A stretch of DNA of 64,000 nucleotides from Dehalococcoidia bacterium (GTDB lineage: Bacteria > Chloroflexota > Dehalococcoidia > UBA2979): contig CBDFJZ010000008.1 in NCBI GenBank assembly GCA_965248675.1, positions 774,855 to 838,854 of the forward strand. The letters run 5' to 3'. Position numbers and translations under genes: made by a program. Below, in pieces: positions 8,615 to 17,328 of the stretch. Each line of letters starts with the position of its first letter. Position 1 is the stretch's first letter. Under the pieces are notes generated by a model that was not told the DNA's origin, did no database searches, and worked only from the letters and a program-made list of their open reading frames with translations.

Positions 8615-9646
8615 TCAGCTCGCAGCGGCCGCGGTCGCCGGGACGGCGACGCCTTGCACCGCGAAGACCTCACGGATGAAGTTGGCGCCCATGAGCTGGT
8701 AGCCCTCGGCGGAGGGGTGGAGGCCGTCGGGCAGGTGTAGTACGAGAGTCGAGTCGAAGAGTTTGAGGCCATCGACGTAGTAGAGCTGTCGATCGCCGCG
8801 GCTTCGGAACGAGTCGACGGCCGCCTCGATCTCCTCGCGCATGATCCGCAGGGTCATGCCGACGGCGTTCGGGGCCGTCTCACGCGCGGGGCACCAGATC
8901 GGGGAGCAGACGACGAGCGGGATGTCCGGGTGGCCGTCGCGGATGGTGGCGATGGTGCCGAGCACGGCGGGACGAAACGCGCGGGGGCCGAGGCTCTCGC
9001 GGCCGTAGATGTTGATGCCAATCTTGACCGAGACGAAGTCGGCGGGCTGATCGCGAATCAGCCGCGCGATCAGCGGATCGGCGTGACATTCGCCGCCAAA
9101 CCCCAGCGAGGTGAGGTTCAGCCCTCGCTCGCGCGCCACGACGGCGGGCCAGGTGAACGAGGGACTCGCCGCGGTGCGGCAGTGGGTGATCGAGCTGCCG
9201 TAGGTGATCCAGCGCGGTCGCGTGTCCTCGCGACGCGCCAAGCTGGCGCCATCGGGGAGCTGGATCTGGCGCAGGCGGAACGGGACGAACTGAGGGAGCC
9301 AGAGCTCCAGCACCTTCTCGCCGACGGGCAGCTCCTTGAAGAGGAGGGGGGTCGCCCCGGCCTCGAAGCCCGCGGTCGCGACGAGCCGGTCGCCGGCGTA
9401 GAGGTCGACATTGGCCGCCTCGGCCATCGGTTCGACCTCGAACGTGAGCTGCTCCGCGTCGGTTGCGAAGCGGAGACGAACGCCCGAGGGCATTTCCGCG
9501 CGGGTCGCGAGATTGGCGTCTCCGGGGGAGAAGAGGTCTGTCTGACTTTGCGGGATCCTCCAAGGCACCACGGCGTGCGCTCGTCGCTGGAGGGAGATCG
9601 CGCCGCTCCAGATCAGCCTGTCATCGTCGCCGCCGATGGTCGTCAT
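8615..9646 (-). CDS. SGNH/GDSL-family hydrolase (esterase) with an N-terminal beta-rich domain, 343 aa
   Basis: Start ATG 9646 preceded by AAGGAGG. SGNH blocks are present: YGSSIT (Ser), LGFGGE, GINIYG, DGLHPS (Asp-x-x-His). The 664-aa track ORF is a GC-artefact extension. Confidence 0.7.
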   Translation of the reverse strand: MTTIGGDDDRLIWSGAISLQRRAHAVVPWRIPQSQTDLFSPGDANLATRAEMPSGVRLRFATDAEQLTFEVEPMAEAANVDLYAGDRLVATAGFEAGATPLLFKELPVGEKVLELWLPQFVPFRLRQIQLPDGASLARREDTRPRWITYGSSITHCRTAASPSFTWPAVVARERGLNLTSLGFGGECHADPLIARLIRDQPADFVSVKIGINIYGRESLGPRAFRPAVLGTIATIRDGHPDIPLVVCSPIWCPARETAPNAVGMTLRIMREEIEAAVDSFRSRGDRQLYYVDGLKLFDSTLVLHLPDGLHPSAEGYQLMGANFIREVFAVQGVAVPATAAAAS

Positions 9647-9675
9647 GGCGACCTCCTTGCTCGGGTGCCTCGAGG

Positions 9676-10965
9676 CTAGCCCGTGGCGCGCCAGGGGAAG
9701 GAGGTCCGATCCGGCAGGCGTCCGGCACCCCCGAGGGCCTCGGCGATCCTGAGGCCCTCGTTCCACTTCGCCATCCGCTCCGAACGAGCGAAGGATCCGA
9801 CCTTGAGCTGCGGCGCGCCCCAGCCGACGGCGAGGTGGACGATCGTCACGTCCTCGGTCTCGCCGGAGCGGGCGGAGACGATCGACGACCAGCCGGCGTC
9901 GTGCGCCGCCTCGAGGGCGCGCCGCGCCTCGGTGAGGGTGCCGATCTGGTTGGGCTTCACGAGCAGCGCGTTGCACGCTCCCGACTCCGCGGCCGCGGCG
10001 ACACGATCCGCCGACGTGACGAGGTAGTCGTCGCCGACGACCTGCACGCGATCGCCGACCGCCCTGGTAAAACGGGCCAGCGCGTCGCCGTCGTCCTCGC
10101 CAAGCGGATCCTCGATCGAGACGATCGGGTAGCGCTCGATCCAGTCCACGAGGAGGGCGATCAGGGCGTCGCTTTCGAGCCGGCGGTCCTCGCTGGCCAA
10201 CAGGTACTGGCCGCCACCGCCAAATTCCGAGGCCGCCACGTCGAGCGAGATCGCCATCTGGTCGCCAGGGGCGAGTCCAGCACGCTCGATCGCAGCCACG
10301 AGCGTCTCGAGGGCCTGCTCGTTGCTGTCGAACGCCGGCCAGTATCCACCTTCGTCGGCCACGCCTTGCAGGCGGCCGGTCTCGGTCATGAGGGCGCCGG
10401 CCGCGCGGTAGACCTCGGCGACCCAGTCGAGTGCCTCTGCGTAGCTGCCGGCGCCGACCGGGATCACCATGAAGTCCTGGATGTCGACACGACGGGCCGC
10501 GTGGGCGCCGCCGCCGAAGATCTGCACCTCGGGGAGCGGCAGGCAGGATGCCTCGGAACCGCGGAGGTGGCGCCAGAGCGGTACGCCGTGCGCATTCGCC
10601 GCTGCCCACGCGGCCGCCATCGAGGTGGCAACGATCGCGTTCGCTCCGAGGCGGCTCTTGTCCGCGGTGCCGTCGAGCTCGATCAGCGCGGAGTCGATCG
10701 TTTCCTGGTCCGCCGCGTCCTGCCCGACCAGCGTGGCGTTGATCTCGGAATTGACGTTCGCCACGGCCTGTCCGACATCGAGGCCGCCGTGCGCCGGGCC
10801 ACCGTCGCGGAGCTCGCGTGCCTCGCCGCTTCCGGTCGAGGCGCCGGCGGGGGCGATCGCGCGGCCGGAGGCGCCGCCCTCGAGGTCGATCTCGACCTCA
10901 ACGGTCGGGCGGCCTCGGGAGTCCCACACGCGGCGACCGTGGACGCTGGCGATCGTCGTGTTCAC
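9676..10965 (-). CDS. eno: enolase-family protein (phosphopyruvate hydratase-like, divergent paralogue)
   Basis: 429 aa and collinear with canonical enolase (SRGRPTVEVE, AGASTGSGEA, ADEGGY, SIEDP, VGDDY, VKPNQIG, RSGETED, QLKVG). It carries IQDFM instead of QEFM and SARSGETED instead of SHRSGETED. Confidence 0.85.
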   Translation of the reverse strand: MNTTIASVHGRRVWDSRGRPTVEVEIDLEGGASGRAIAPAGASTGSGEARELRDGGPAHGGLDVGQAVANVNSEINATLVGQDAADQETIDSALIELDGTADKSRLGANAIVATSMAAAWAAANAHGVPLWRHLRGSEASCLPLPEVQIFGGGAHAARRVDIQDFMVIPVGAGSYAEALDWVAEVYRAAGALMTETGRLQGVADEGGYWPAFDSNEQALETLVAAIERAGLAPGDQMAISLDVAASEFGGGGQYLLASEDRRLESDALIALLVDWIERYPIVSIEDPLGEDDGDALARFTRAVGDRVQVVGDDYLVTSADRVAAAAESGACNALLVKPNQIGTLTEARRALEAAHDAGWSSIVSARSGETEDVTIVHLAVGWGAPQLKVGSFARSERMAKWNEGLRIAEALGGAGRLPDRTSFPWRATG

Positions 10966-11972
10966 GCGACTCCCAGCTCGCTGGACCAGGCGTGACGAAC
11001 ATCCTCGAGGCAGTCGACCGGCTCCACGAGGAGCCGGCGTGCGACACGGCGGACCATGTTTCGGTCGCTGTCCTTGGTGAGGTATTCAACTGGCGACTTG
11101 CCATCGATGCGAGCGAGTAGCAGGCCGGGCAGCAGCCGCGCGGTCCGTCGCTCGAGGTCCTCCGGTGGTTCCCAGTCGACGCGCGCAGCGTAGGCTTCCC
11201 GCAGCGCATCGAAGCAGTCGAGGAACGCGGGCGCCCAGGGTGGCACCCACAGGCACTTCAGCAAGAGGTGGTTGAGGCAGAAGGCGAGGTCAAACGCGGG
11301 ATCCCCGAACCAGGCGCACTCCGCGTCGAGGAAGACCGGGCCCTGGGGGCCGACGAGGATGTTCTTCGGGCTAACGTCGCCGTGTACGAGAACGTGCTTC
11401 GTTGCCAACGTGACAGCGACCAACTCCTCGAGGGCAGCGGCACGATCTGGGTGAGCGCGGGCGGTCGCTTCGAGGTAGGGCTCAAGGCGGATCGAGTGGA
11501 AGATCGCGTCGGTCTCGAAGCGGCGTGCTACTTCGGGGCGGTCGGCGGTGCCGGCGTGAATACGCCCGAGGCGATCGCCGACGAGGCTGGCGAACGCGGG
11601 GTCCGCGTGGCCGGCGGCAAGTTCAGCCTTCCACAGCGGGTGTGCGTCCGGATCCAGGAACTCCATCACGAAGAAACCGGACGCCCGGTCTTGGCCCAGC
11701 ACGCGCGGGACGGCATCGGGGACGAAGCCGGCTGCCACATCGAACCACGCGACCTCGTAGGCGTTGCGTTCGACGGGCACTTGCCAGTCGGCGGCGACCT
11801 TCAGCTTCGGCAGCGCGCGCTTGAGACAGACGGGTCCGCTCGCCAGGTCAACGCGCCAGATGTCCGAGGAGACGCCCCCCGGTAGCTGCTCGCACGCGGG
11901 CGACTCGTCCGCCTCGAGGAGTCCGATCCCGCGCAGACCCGCGACGACGGCCTCAGCCGCCGCTGCCAGCAT
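10962..11972 (-). CDS. APH-family phosphotransferase, methylthioribose-kinase (MtnK)-like
   Basis: About 336 aa from ATG 11972. Motifs HGDVSPKNILV and FLDAECAWFGDPAFDLAFCLNHLLLK. Its stop overlaps the enolase start (10962-10965). Its start overlaps the stop of the upstream mini-ORF (TGATG). Confidence 0.8.
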   Translation of the reverse strand: MLAAAAEAVVAGLRGIGLLEADESPACEQLPGGVSSDIWRVDLASGPVCLKRALPKLKVAADWQVPVERNAYEVAWFDVAAGFVPDAVPRVLGQDRASGFFVMEFLDPDAHPLWKAELAAGHADPAFASLVGDRLGRIHAGTADRPEVARRFETDAIFHSIRLEPYLEATARAHPDRAAALEELVAVTLATKHVLVHGDVSPKNILVGPQGPVFLDAECAWFGDPAFDLAFCLNHLLLKCLWVPPWAPAFLDCFDALREAYAARVDWEPPEDLERRTARLLPGLLLARIDGKSPVEYLTKDSDRNMVRRVARRLLVEPVDCLEDVRHAWSSELGVA

Positions 11973-12136
11973 CAAGTCTCACTCCGGATCAGGCGCTCCA
12001 GGGCTTGCTCGTCGACGACCAACTCCGGGTTGCGGCCGGAGCACTCGCCGACGCCGGAGATGCCCGCGTCGGTGTGGACGCGGACCAGCATCGGTCCGAT
12101 CCTCGGCGGGGTTGACTGGACCTCGGTGAACTTCAC
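11972..12136 (-). pseudogene. N-terminal fragment (about 54 codons) of a mandelate racemase/muconate lactonizing enzyme (enolase-superfamily) gene
   Basis: GTG 12136 sits behind GAAGGA. The peptide VKFTEVQSTPPRIGPMLVRVHTDAGISGVGECSG matches the MR_MLE N-domain opening. It then stops after about 54 codons, exactly at the kinase start. Confidence 0.45.
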
Positions 12137-12391
12137 CGTGAATTCCTTCTCGCACTGATTGGATGCGCGGGCTGGCGCCCTGTCGGGTCGATCGTCGGGT
12201 GCGAGTCCGCGCGGCCGGGCGAACGCGAGTGTAAGCATTGGCCGGAACAGGGGCTGAGCGCGCGCCGAGCAGCGGAGGCCGTCAGCCCGCTCGCGAACGT
12301 CGACTCAGGAGCGGCGCTAGAATCCGCCGGACACGCGGGGCGCGGATGCTGAACTGACGGCCGCGCGCGCAGCCGATTCGAGGAGAGCGCC

Positions 12392-13216
12392 ATGACCGTC
12401 GAGGGGAGTCTGACCGGGAGAGTCGCGCTCGTGACCGGCGCAAGCCGCGGGATTGGGGCCGACGTCGCGAAGTACCTGGCTCGGGCCGGCGCGGCCGTCG
12501 CGATTTGCGCCCGCACCGAAGAGCAGCAGAACGAGCGTCTCCCGGGGACGATCCATTCGGTGACGAGCGAGATCGTCGAATCAGGCGGCCGCGCCGTGGC
12601 GATCCGGCTGGACATGCGCGATCTCGACTCGATCGAGACCGCGGTCGACCGCACGGTGGAGGAACTGGGCGGCCTAGACATTGTCGTCAACAACGCGGCG
12701 GCCCAGATGCCCGGGACGATCGACGACTTCGCGTCGCGACACCTCGAGCTGCTGTGGGGCGTGAATCTGCGGGGCCCGGTGATGCTGATGCACCACGCCC
12801 TGCCTCACATGCGGGCGAAGGGCGAGGGCCACATCATCAACGTTTCGTCCGGGCGTGCCATATTTCCGGGCCCCGGACCTTACCCGCAGGAGCCGGCAAC
12901 TCCAACGATCGACCGCGGCATCGTTCGAGGCTCGTTCTACGGCATGTTGAAAGCCGGCCTAGAACGTTTCTCGCAGGATGTTGCTCGCCTCGTGCAGGGC
13001 GACAACATTTCGGTCAACGTGCTCTCGCCGCGAGGCGGCATCAACACGCCCGGCCTGCTCTATTTCACGCGCCGCGATACACCCGTGGACGAGCTGCCCT
13101 TCGAAGCGGCGGACGAGCTGGGCAAGGCGGCCGTCTGGATCTGCGAGCAACCGCCGCAGCAGTTCACCGGGAACATCCTCTTCGACCAGGACCTCTGCCG
13201 TGAGCAGGGGCTCTAG
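12392..13216 (+). CDS. short-chain dehydrogenase/reductase (SDR)
   Basis: 274 aa with VTGASRGIG cofactor motif, NNAA and YGMLK (YxxxK). Confidence 0.85.
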   Translation: MTVEGSLTGRVALVTGASRGIGADVAKYLARAGAAVAICARTEEQQNERLPGTIHSVTSEIVESGGRAVAIRLDMRDLDSIETAVDRTVEELGGLDIVVNNAAAQMPGTIDDFASRHLELLWGVNLRGPVMLMHHALPHMRAKGEGHIINVSSGRAIFPGPGPYPQEPATPTIDRGIVRGSFYGMLKAGLERFSQDVARLVQGDNISVNVLSPRGGINTPGLLYFTRRDTPVDELPFEAADELGKAAVWICEQPPQQFTGNILFDQDLCREQGL

Positions 13217-13355
13217 CTAGCTTCGAAGACGACGCGAGGCCGGCTGGGCGGTGTGCGACCGAGCATCGCGCTAGGAGGCAGTGGCCGGCACAGGGCCGAT
13301 CGAGCCACGAGGGTGGCCGGCCCGGGCGTGAGCACCCGGCCTGGACGGCCGAGTC

Positions 13356-14235
13356 GTGCCCGCTCCGGCGGAGACGTACCAGGACTCGTGGGTCGGCGCG
13401 AAGACCGTGAAGTGGATCGAGCAGTACCGTGAGGAGCAGCCGTTCTTCCTGCAGGTGGGCTTCCCGGGCCCGCACAGCCCCTTCGATGCGCCTGCCGAGT
13501 ACGTCGAGCGCTACCGCGACGCGGATGTGCAGGCAGGCTCGTTCAACCCGCCGGAGCTGCCTGATCACGAGCAGGGGCGCGAGTTCTTCGCGGCGCGCCT
13601 GTCGCTGAGCTCGGCCGATACGGTCACCGAGGAGCAGGTGCGTGAGCTGCGGCGGTACTACTACGCGAACGTGACGCTGATCGACGAATACGTCGGCGCA
13701 TCCTCTAGGCGCTGGAACGCCGGGGCGAGTTGGAGCGCACGTGGATCATCTGCACCACCGATCACGGCGAGATGCTGGGGGACCATCGCCTGCTCTCGAA
13801 GGTCTCGTTCTACGAGCCCTCGGCCGGGGTGCCGCTGCTCGTGCGGCCGCCGGGCGGCATCAGCGGCCGGGTGGAGCCGGGACTCGTCGAGCAGGTCACC
13901 TGGCGGCGACGATGCGAGCGAGCGCCGGCGCACCGGACGTACCAGGGAGTGAGGGCCACTCGCTGCTCGGCCACTTCGAGGGCGACGGTAGCGGCGGGTT
14001 CACGCGCAAGGTCGCCGTGAGCGAGAACCACGGCTTCGCCATGTTCGTGACGCAGCGATTCAAGATCGTGGTCTGGGAGGACACCCTCGAGCCCGTGCAA
14101 CTCCTCGATCTCGACCCGGCCGAGGATCACAGCCTGCTGAACGACCCCGCGGCCGCCCCCGTGATCGAGCAACACGTCAGGCCGTTCTTCGCGACCCCAC
14201 CGAGGCGGCTGCGAGAGGTGGCCCTCTACCGCTAG
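13356..14235 (+). pseudogene. sulfatase (arylsulfatase-type) pseudogene: N-terminally truncated, two frameshifts and one in-frame TAG
   Basis: Homology runs through three frames. The pieces are ...PFFLQVGFPGPHSPFD...YYANVTLIDEYVG, then RIL*ALERRGELERTWIICTTDHGEMLGDH...PLLVRPPG, then GHSLLGHFEG...VSENHGFAMFV. The catalytic N-terminal third (CxPxR region) is absent. Confidence 0.7.
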
Positions 14236-14354
14236 ATCGGCCTACCGCTCGATCGGCCCGCCGCCCCCTCGCGACCCCGCCCGCGTTCAAGCGAGGCTGA
14301 GGGTTCGATGGGTACGAGCTCGCACCATGGCGAGATGGCTGAGTTAATGCGGGT

Positions 14355-14678
14355 CTACGAGGACGCGTCCCGAGCGCGCGCCCTTCTGCTCTCCAATGTC
14401 ACCACGCCATGGCGTAAGAAGTTCGCGATCACCTCGGCCAGTTCGCGTGGAACCTCTTGTGGGATTCGGTGACCGACCCGGCTGAACACGTGCAGCGTGG
14501 CGTGAGGCAGGCGTCCGAAGTCCTTCAGGTTCTCCAGCAGGAGACCGTCCGGCTGGGGCGGTAACCGAGTTCCTCGGCCGCCGCCAGCACGCGCGCGCGG
14601 GTGGCGGCCGCAATGCGCCGCTCGTTGTTCAATACGCCGCGACGGGTCGATGACTGTAGCGGCCGTGTGCACCGTCAC
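14355..14678 (-). pseudogene. probable C-terminal fragment of an alpha/beta-hydrolase
   Basis: Only the tail LPHATLHVFSRVGHRIPQEVPRELAEVIANFLRHG is family-like (catalytic His region). No nucleophile-elbow region lies upstream. Confidence 0.35.
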
Positions 14679-14770
14679 GAAACGCGCGCCGCCCCGGGGC
14701 CAGGGGGCAAGACGAGGGCGGCTCCTCCGGAGAGGAGCCGCCGGTCCTGTCGCGTCGGTGCGAGGCGACG

Positions 14771-16153
14771 TCAGTCGTGGATCTTGATCTTCCCTCCCGC
14801 GAGGTCGCCCGACGCCTTGTACAGCGGCTCGTCCACGTCAGGGTCAGCGCCCGGCGCCCAGATCTTGATGACGAACCGATCGGCCAGCGATCCGCCTGCC
14901 GCATCGCCGTCCCGCGCATCAACTCGGAAGGGGTGCAAACGCTCGAGACCGTCGATCGTCGCGACGCCCTGGAACTTCGCCCAGTTGGTGTTGGTGACGA
15001 CCAGCCAGTCGTAGTCGGTGCTGTGCAGCTCGAATGAGCCGACGTGGTAGACGAACTCGAGCTGCCCGATCGGCGTGGTCGTCGCTCCGTTCTTGTACTT
15101 CACCACGAACCCGAATGTCGCCTTACTGGTGCCGTCGAGAGCCGGCAGCGCGTCGAGCGCGTCGCTCGAGGCGCCGTCCGGCACGATCCAGCCGCCGCCG
15201 GTGGCGAAGCCGCCGGCCGGGTCGTAGACGACGAACATCACCACCTCGGTCGAGGTGTTGCCGGCGAGATCGGTCGCCGTCGCCGTCAGGGTGTAGATCC
15301 CCGCCGACGACACCACGTCACCCGAAACGGCCGCCGTCGCAGTCGTCCCGTCGTCCATCGTCGCCTCGAACGTCGCGACGCCCGACAGCGCGTCGAGCGC
15401 GGAGAAGTCGAGCACCAGGCCGACCGGTTCCACCGCGAAGGGGAGCGGGGAGGCGATGGTGACGGTGGGGTCGGTCGCGTCACGCTTGATCGTCACCGAC
15501 TCGGACGCCGCGCCAACGCTCGAGGTGCCCGTGCACGTCAGGGTGACACCGGGCGTTTCGAAGTCGATCACCGTCGTCTCGCAGCCCGATGTGACGAGCC
15601 CCGCGGGCTGCTGCGCACGAATGATGTTCGGCACCGGGGTCGGTGCGGACATCGAGTAGAGGCTGCGGCCGACGCCGACGAACGTCGTGTGGTCTCGACT
15701 CGTCGGGTAGGCGCGCGCCGGACTCCAGTCGCCGCTCGCGACGAGGTCATCGACGTTCAACTCTACGGCCGCGCCAGCGTAGCGAGAGCCCGAGGCGTAG
15801 AGGACGCCGTTGAGCTCAGCCAGCGTCGTGCGGTCGCCCCGAACGGTGTCGAACGACGGGGCGTATTGCCAGCTCCCGCTCGGGCCAGTGGCCGGATCGA
15901 TCGCCAGGTACTCGACGGTGTTGGTAGTCGAGCCGTGACGGCCACCGCCGGCGACGAAGAGCCGGTCAGCGACGACCTCGGAACCGGCGCTGACCCGCCA
16001 GTGGTTCATGTTCGGCAGGGACTGCCAGAGCGACGGGCAACCGCTCGAGATGTCCGCGTACTCACCGCTCGCGAGGGCCGCGCCATTTTCGCCGGTGTAG
16101 CCACCGAGGACGTAGAGGAAGTTGCCGCTCAGCTCCACCGTCAGCTCCATCAC
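14771..16153 (-). CDS. Kelch-repeat / Ig-like-domain protein (probably the orphaned extracellular part of a former receptor kinase)
   Basis: 460-aa ORF. It has Kelch-like repeats (FLYVLGGYTG, RLFVAGGGRHG, GVLYASGS), Ig-like middle segments and a conserved C-terminal beta domain. No signal peptide is present. The upstream in-frame sequence is a kinase N-lobe (see next feature). Confidence 0.55.
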   Translation of the reverse strand: MMELTVELSGNFLYVLGGYTGENGAALASGEYADISSGCPSLWQSLPNMNHWRVSAGSEVVADRLFVAGGGRHGSTTNTVEYLAIDPATGPSGSWQYAPSFDTVRGDRTTLAELNGVLYASGSRYAGAAVELNVDDLVASGDWSPARAYPTSRDHTTFVGVGRSLYSMSAPTPVPNIIRAQQPAGLVTSGCETTVIDFETPGVTLTCTGTSSVGAASESVTIKRDATDPTVTIASPLPFAVEPVGLVLDFSALDALSGVATFEATMDDGTTATAAVSGDVVSSAGIYTLTATATDLAGNTSTEVVMFVVYDPAGGFATGGGWIVPDGASSDALDALPALDGTSKATFGFVVKYKNGATTTPIGQLEFVYHVGSFELHSTDYDWLVVTNTNWAKFQGVATIDGLERLHPFRVDARDGDAAGGSLADRFVIKIWAPGADPDVDEPLYKASGDLAGGKIKIHD

Positions 16154-16432
16154 GAGATAGGGCTGGCGCGCGTCGAGATCGGCGGCGATGAAACGCGCGA
16201 CGAACGGTGCGTCGATCTCCCTCGAGATACGCGCCTCACGAGCGAGTCGAGAGCGGCTCCCGCTGTCGGGTACCAGCTCGTTCAGCAGCTTGATCGCGAC
16301 CCGCTGGCCGTCCTCCTAGTCGACGGCGGAGACGACGACACCGGTGGCGCCACTCCGCGCAAACTCGCCGTCGATTCTGTAAGTTTCAATCTGGTCTGGA
16401 ACAGCGGGATGTAACCCGTCACGTTCGGGCAT
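16154..16432 (-). pseudogene. Ser/Thr protein kinase N-lobe remnant with in-frame TAG, fused in frame to the Kelch ORF
   Basis: From ATG 16432: MPERDGLHPAVPDQIETYRIDGEFARSGATGVVVSAVD*EDGQRVAIKLLNELVPDSGSRSRLAREARISREIDAPFVARFIAADLDARQPYLVME. The stop is at 16316-16318. The VAIK Lys and hinge LVME are present, but the whole C-lobe (HRD, DFG, APE) is missing. Confidence 0.55.
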
Positions 16433-16467
16433 AGGAAGATCGTCCTCTGTTACACCGCGACGCGAAG

Positions 16468-17202
16468 GTGATTACCACGCCCGGGGAGTTGCAGCTACGA
16501 CATGAAAGACAGCGTCCTGTGAGAGAAGAGGTAGATCGCTACGTTTCGCTGGACATCGAATCTGGCGGCATCTCTCTGGCCAAGATCGAATCTCACGGGA
16601 TCGTCAGACTTCTTCGCGGGGAACGTCTCGAACCATCGGTCGTCGACGGCGTGACGAACCTCTATCTACCGAGCCGTTATGTCTCCCGGTCGAGTCACTG
16701 TCTGATCGAGCCGCTCAGTCGCTCTCGAATTCGGGTTTCCGACACCGGAAGTACGAACGGGATTCGCGTGAACCGCGGCGTCGTGGAGGCGAGCGCGATC
16801 GAGGACACCCCCTGCCTATTGGAGGTGTTCCCGTTCGAACTCCTCGTGACTCGCTCGAGGCAACAGAGCGACACTGACCGCATCCGCGACCGGGGCGCGG
16901 CCCGCCCCGCGTTAGCGCCGCAACCAACCAGCGGCGAGATTCAACTGCCCTCGGGACGCGCGCTGCTCGGCCTCACGCCGTTCCAACGTTCGCTGTTGGA
17001 TGCGCTTGCCGAGCACTTCCCGGATTGGATCACCACGGCTACGCTGGCTCACCGCGTGGGAGCGGGAACGACCACGCAAAGCGTGTACAACCAGATTCAC
17101 CAGATCCGCGCTTGCCTCGATTCGGTCGAGCCGGGCGCCGCGAATCTGATCCGGTCTCAGCGTGGGCGCGGCTACTCGCTGGCCCCGCACCCCGCCGGGT
17201 AG
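16468..17202 (+). CDS. FHA-domain protein with C-terminal OmpR/PhoB-type winged-helix DNA-binding domain
   Basis: 244 aa with a GTG start (position uncertain). FHA core: LPSRYVSRSSHCLIEPLSRSRIRVSDTGSTNGIRVNRGVV. The C-terminal LTPFQRSLLDALA...SVYNQIHQIRACL...IRSQRGRGYSL is Trans_reg_C-like. The 5' half is visibly less GC-rich than its flanks. Confidence 0.7.
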   Translation: MITTPGELQLRHERQRPVREEVDRYVSLDIESGGISLAKIESHGIVRLLRGERLEPSVVDGVTNLYLPSRYVSRSSHCLIEPLSRSRIRVSDTGSTNGIRVNRGVVEASAIEDTPCLLEVFPFELLVTRSRQQSDTDRIRDRGAARPALAPQPTSGEIQLPSGRALLGLTPFQRSLLDALAEHFPDWITTATLAHRVGAGTTTQSVYNQIHQIRACLDSVEPGAANLIRSQRGRGYSLAPHPAG

Positions 17203-17328
17203 CCCTCCGAGGTCGCCCCGAACCGCAGCGGAGAGGCGTCCCGCTGACCCCGAGGGCGGCGCCGGCCGTGCAGCCGACGCCATGTCCGTACAGACTATGG
17301 CGGTTGGAGCACGCACTGGGGGTGGGCG

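Noticed and set aside
8615-10609. 664-aa ORF apparently fusing the SGNH hydrolase to a long N-terminal extension overlapping the enolase gene
   Set aside because: The extension is Arg/Gly/Pro-rich nonsense in an alternative frame of the enolase gene. A proper ATG with an AAGGAGG site at 9646 gives a normal SGNH protein.
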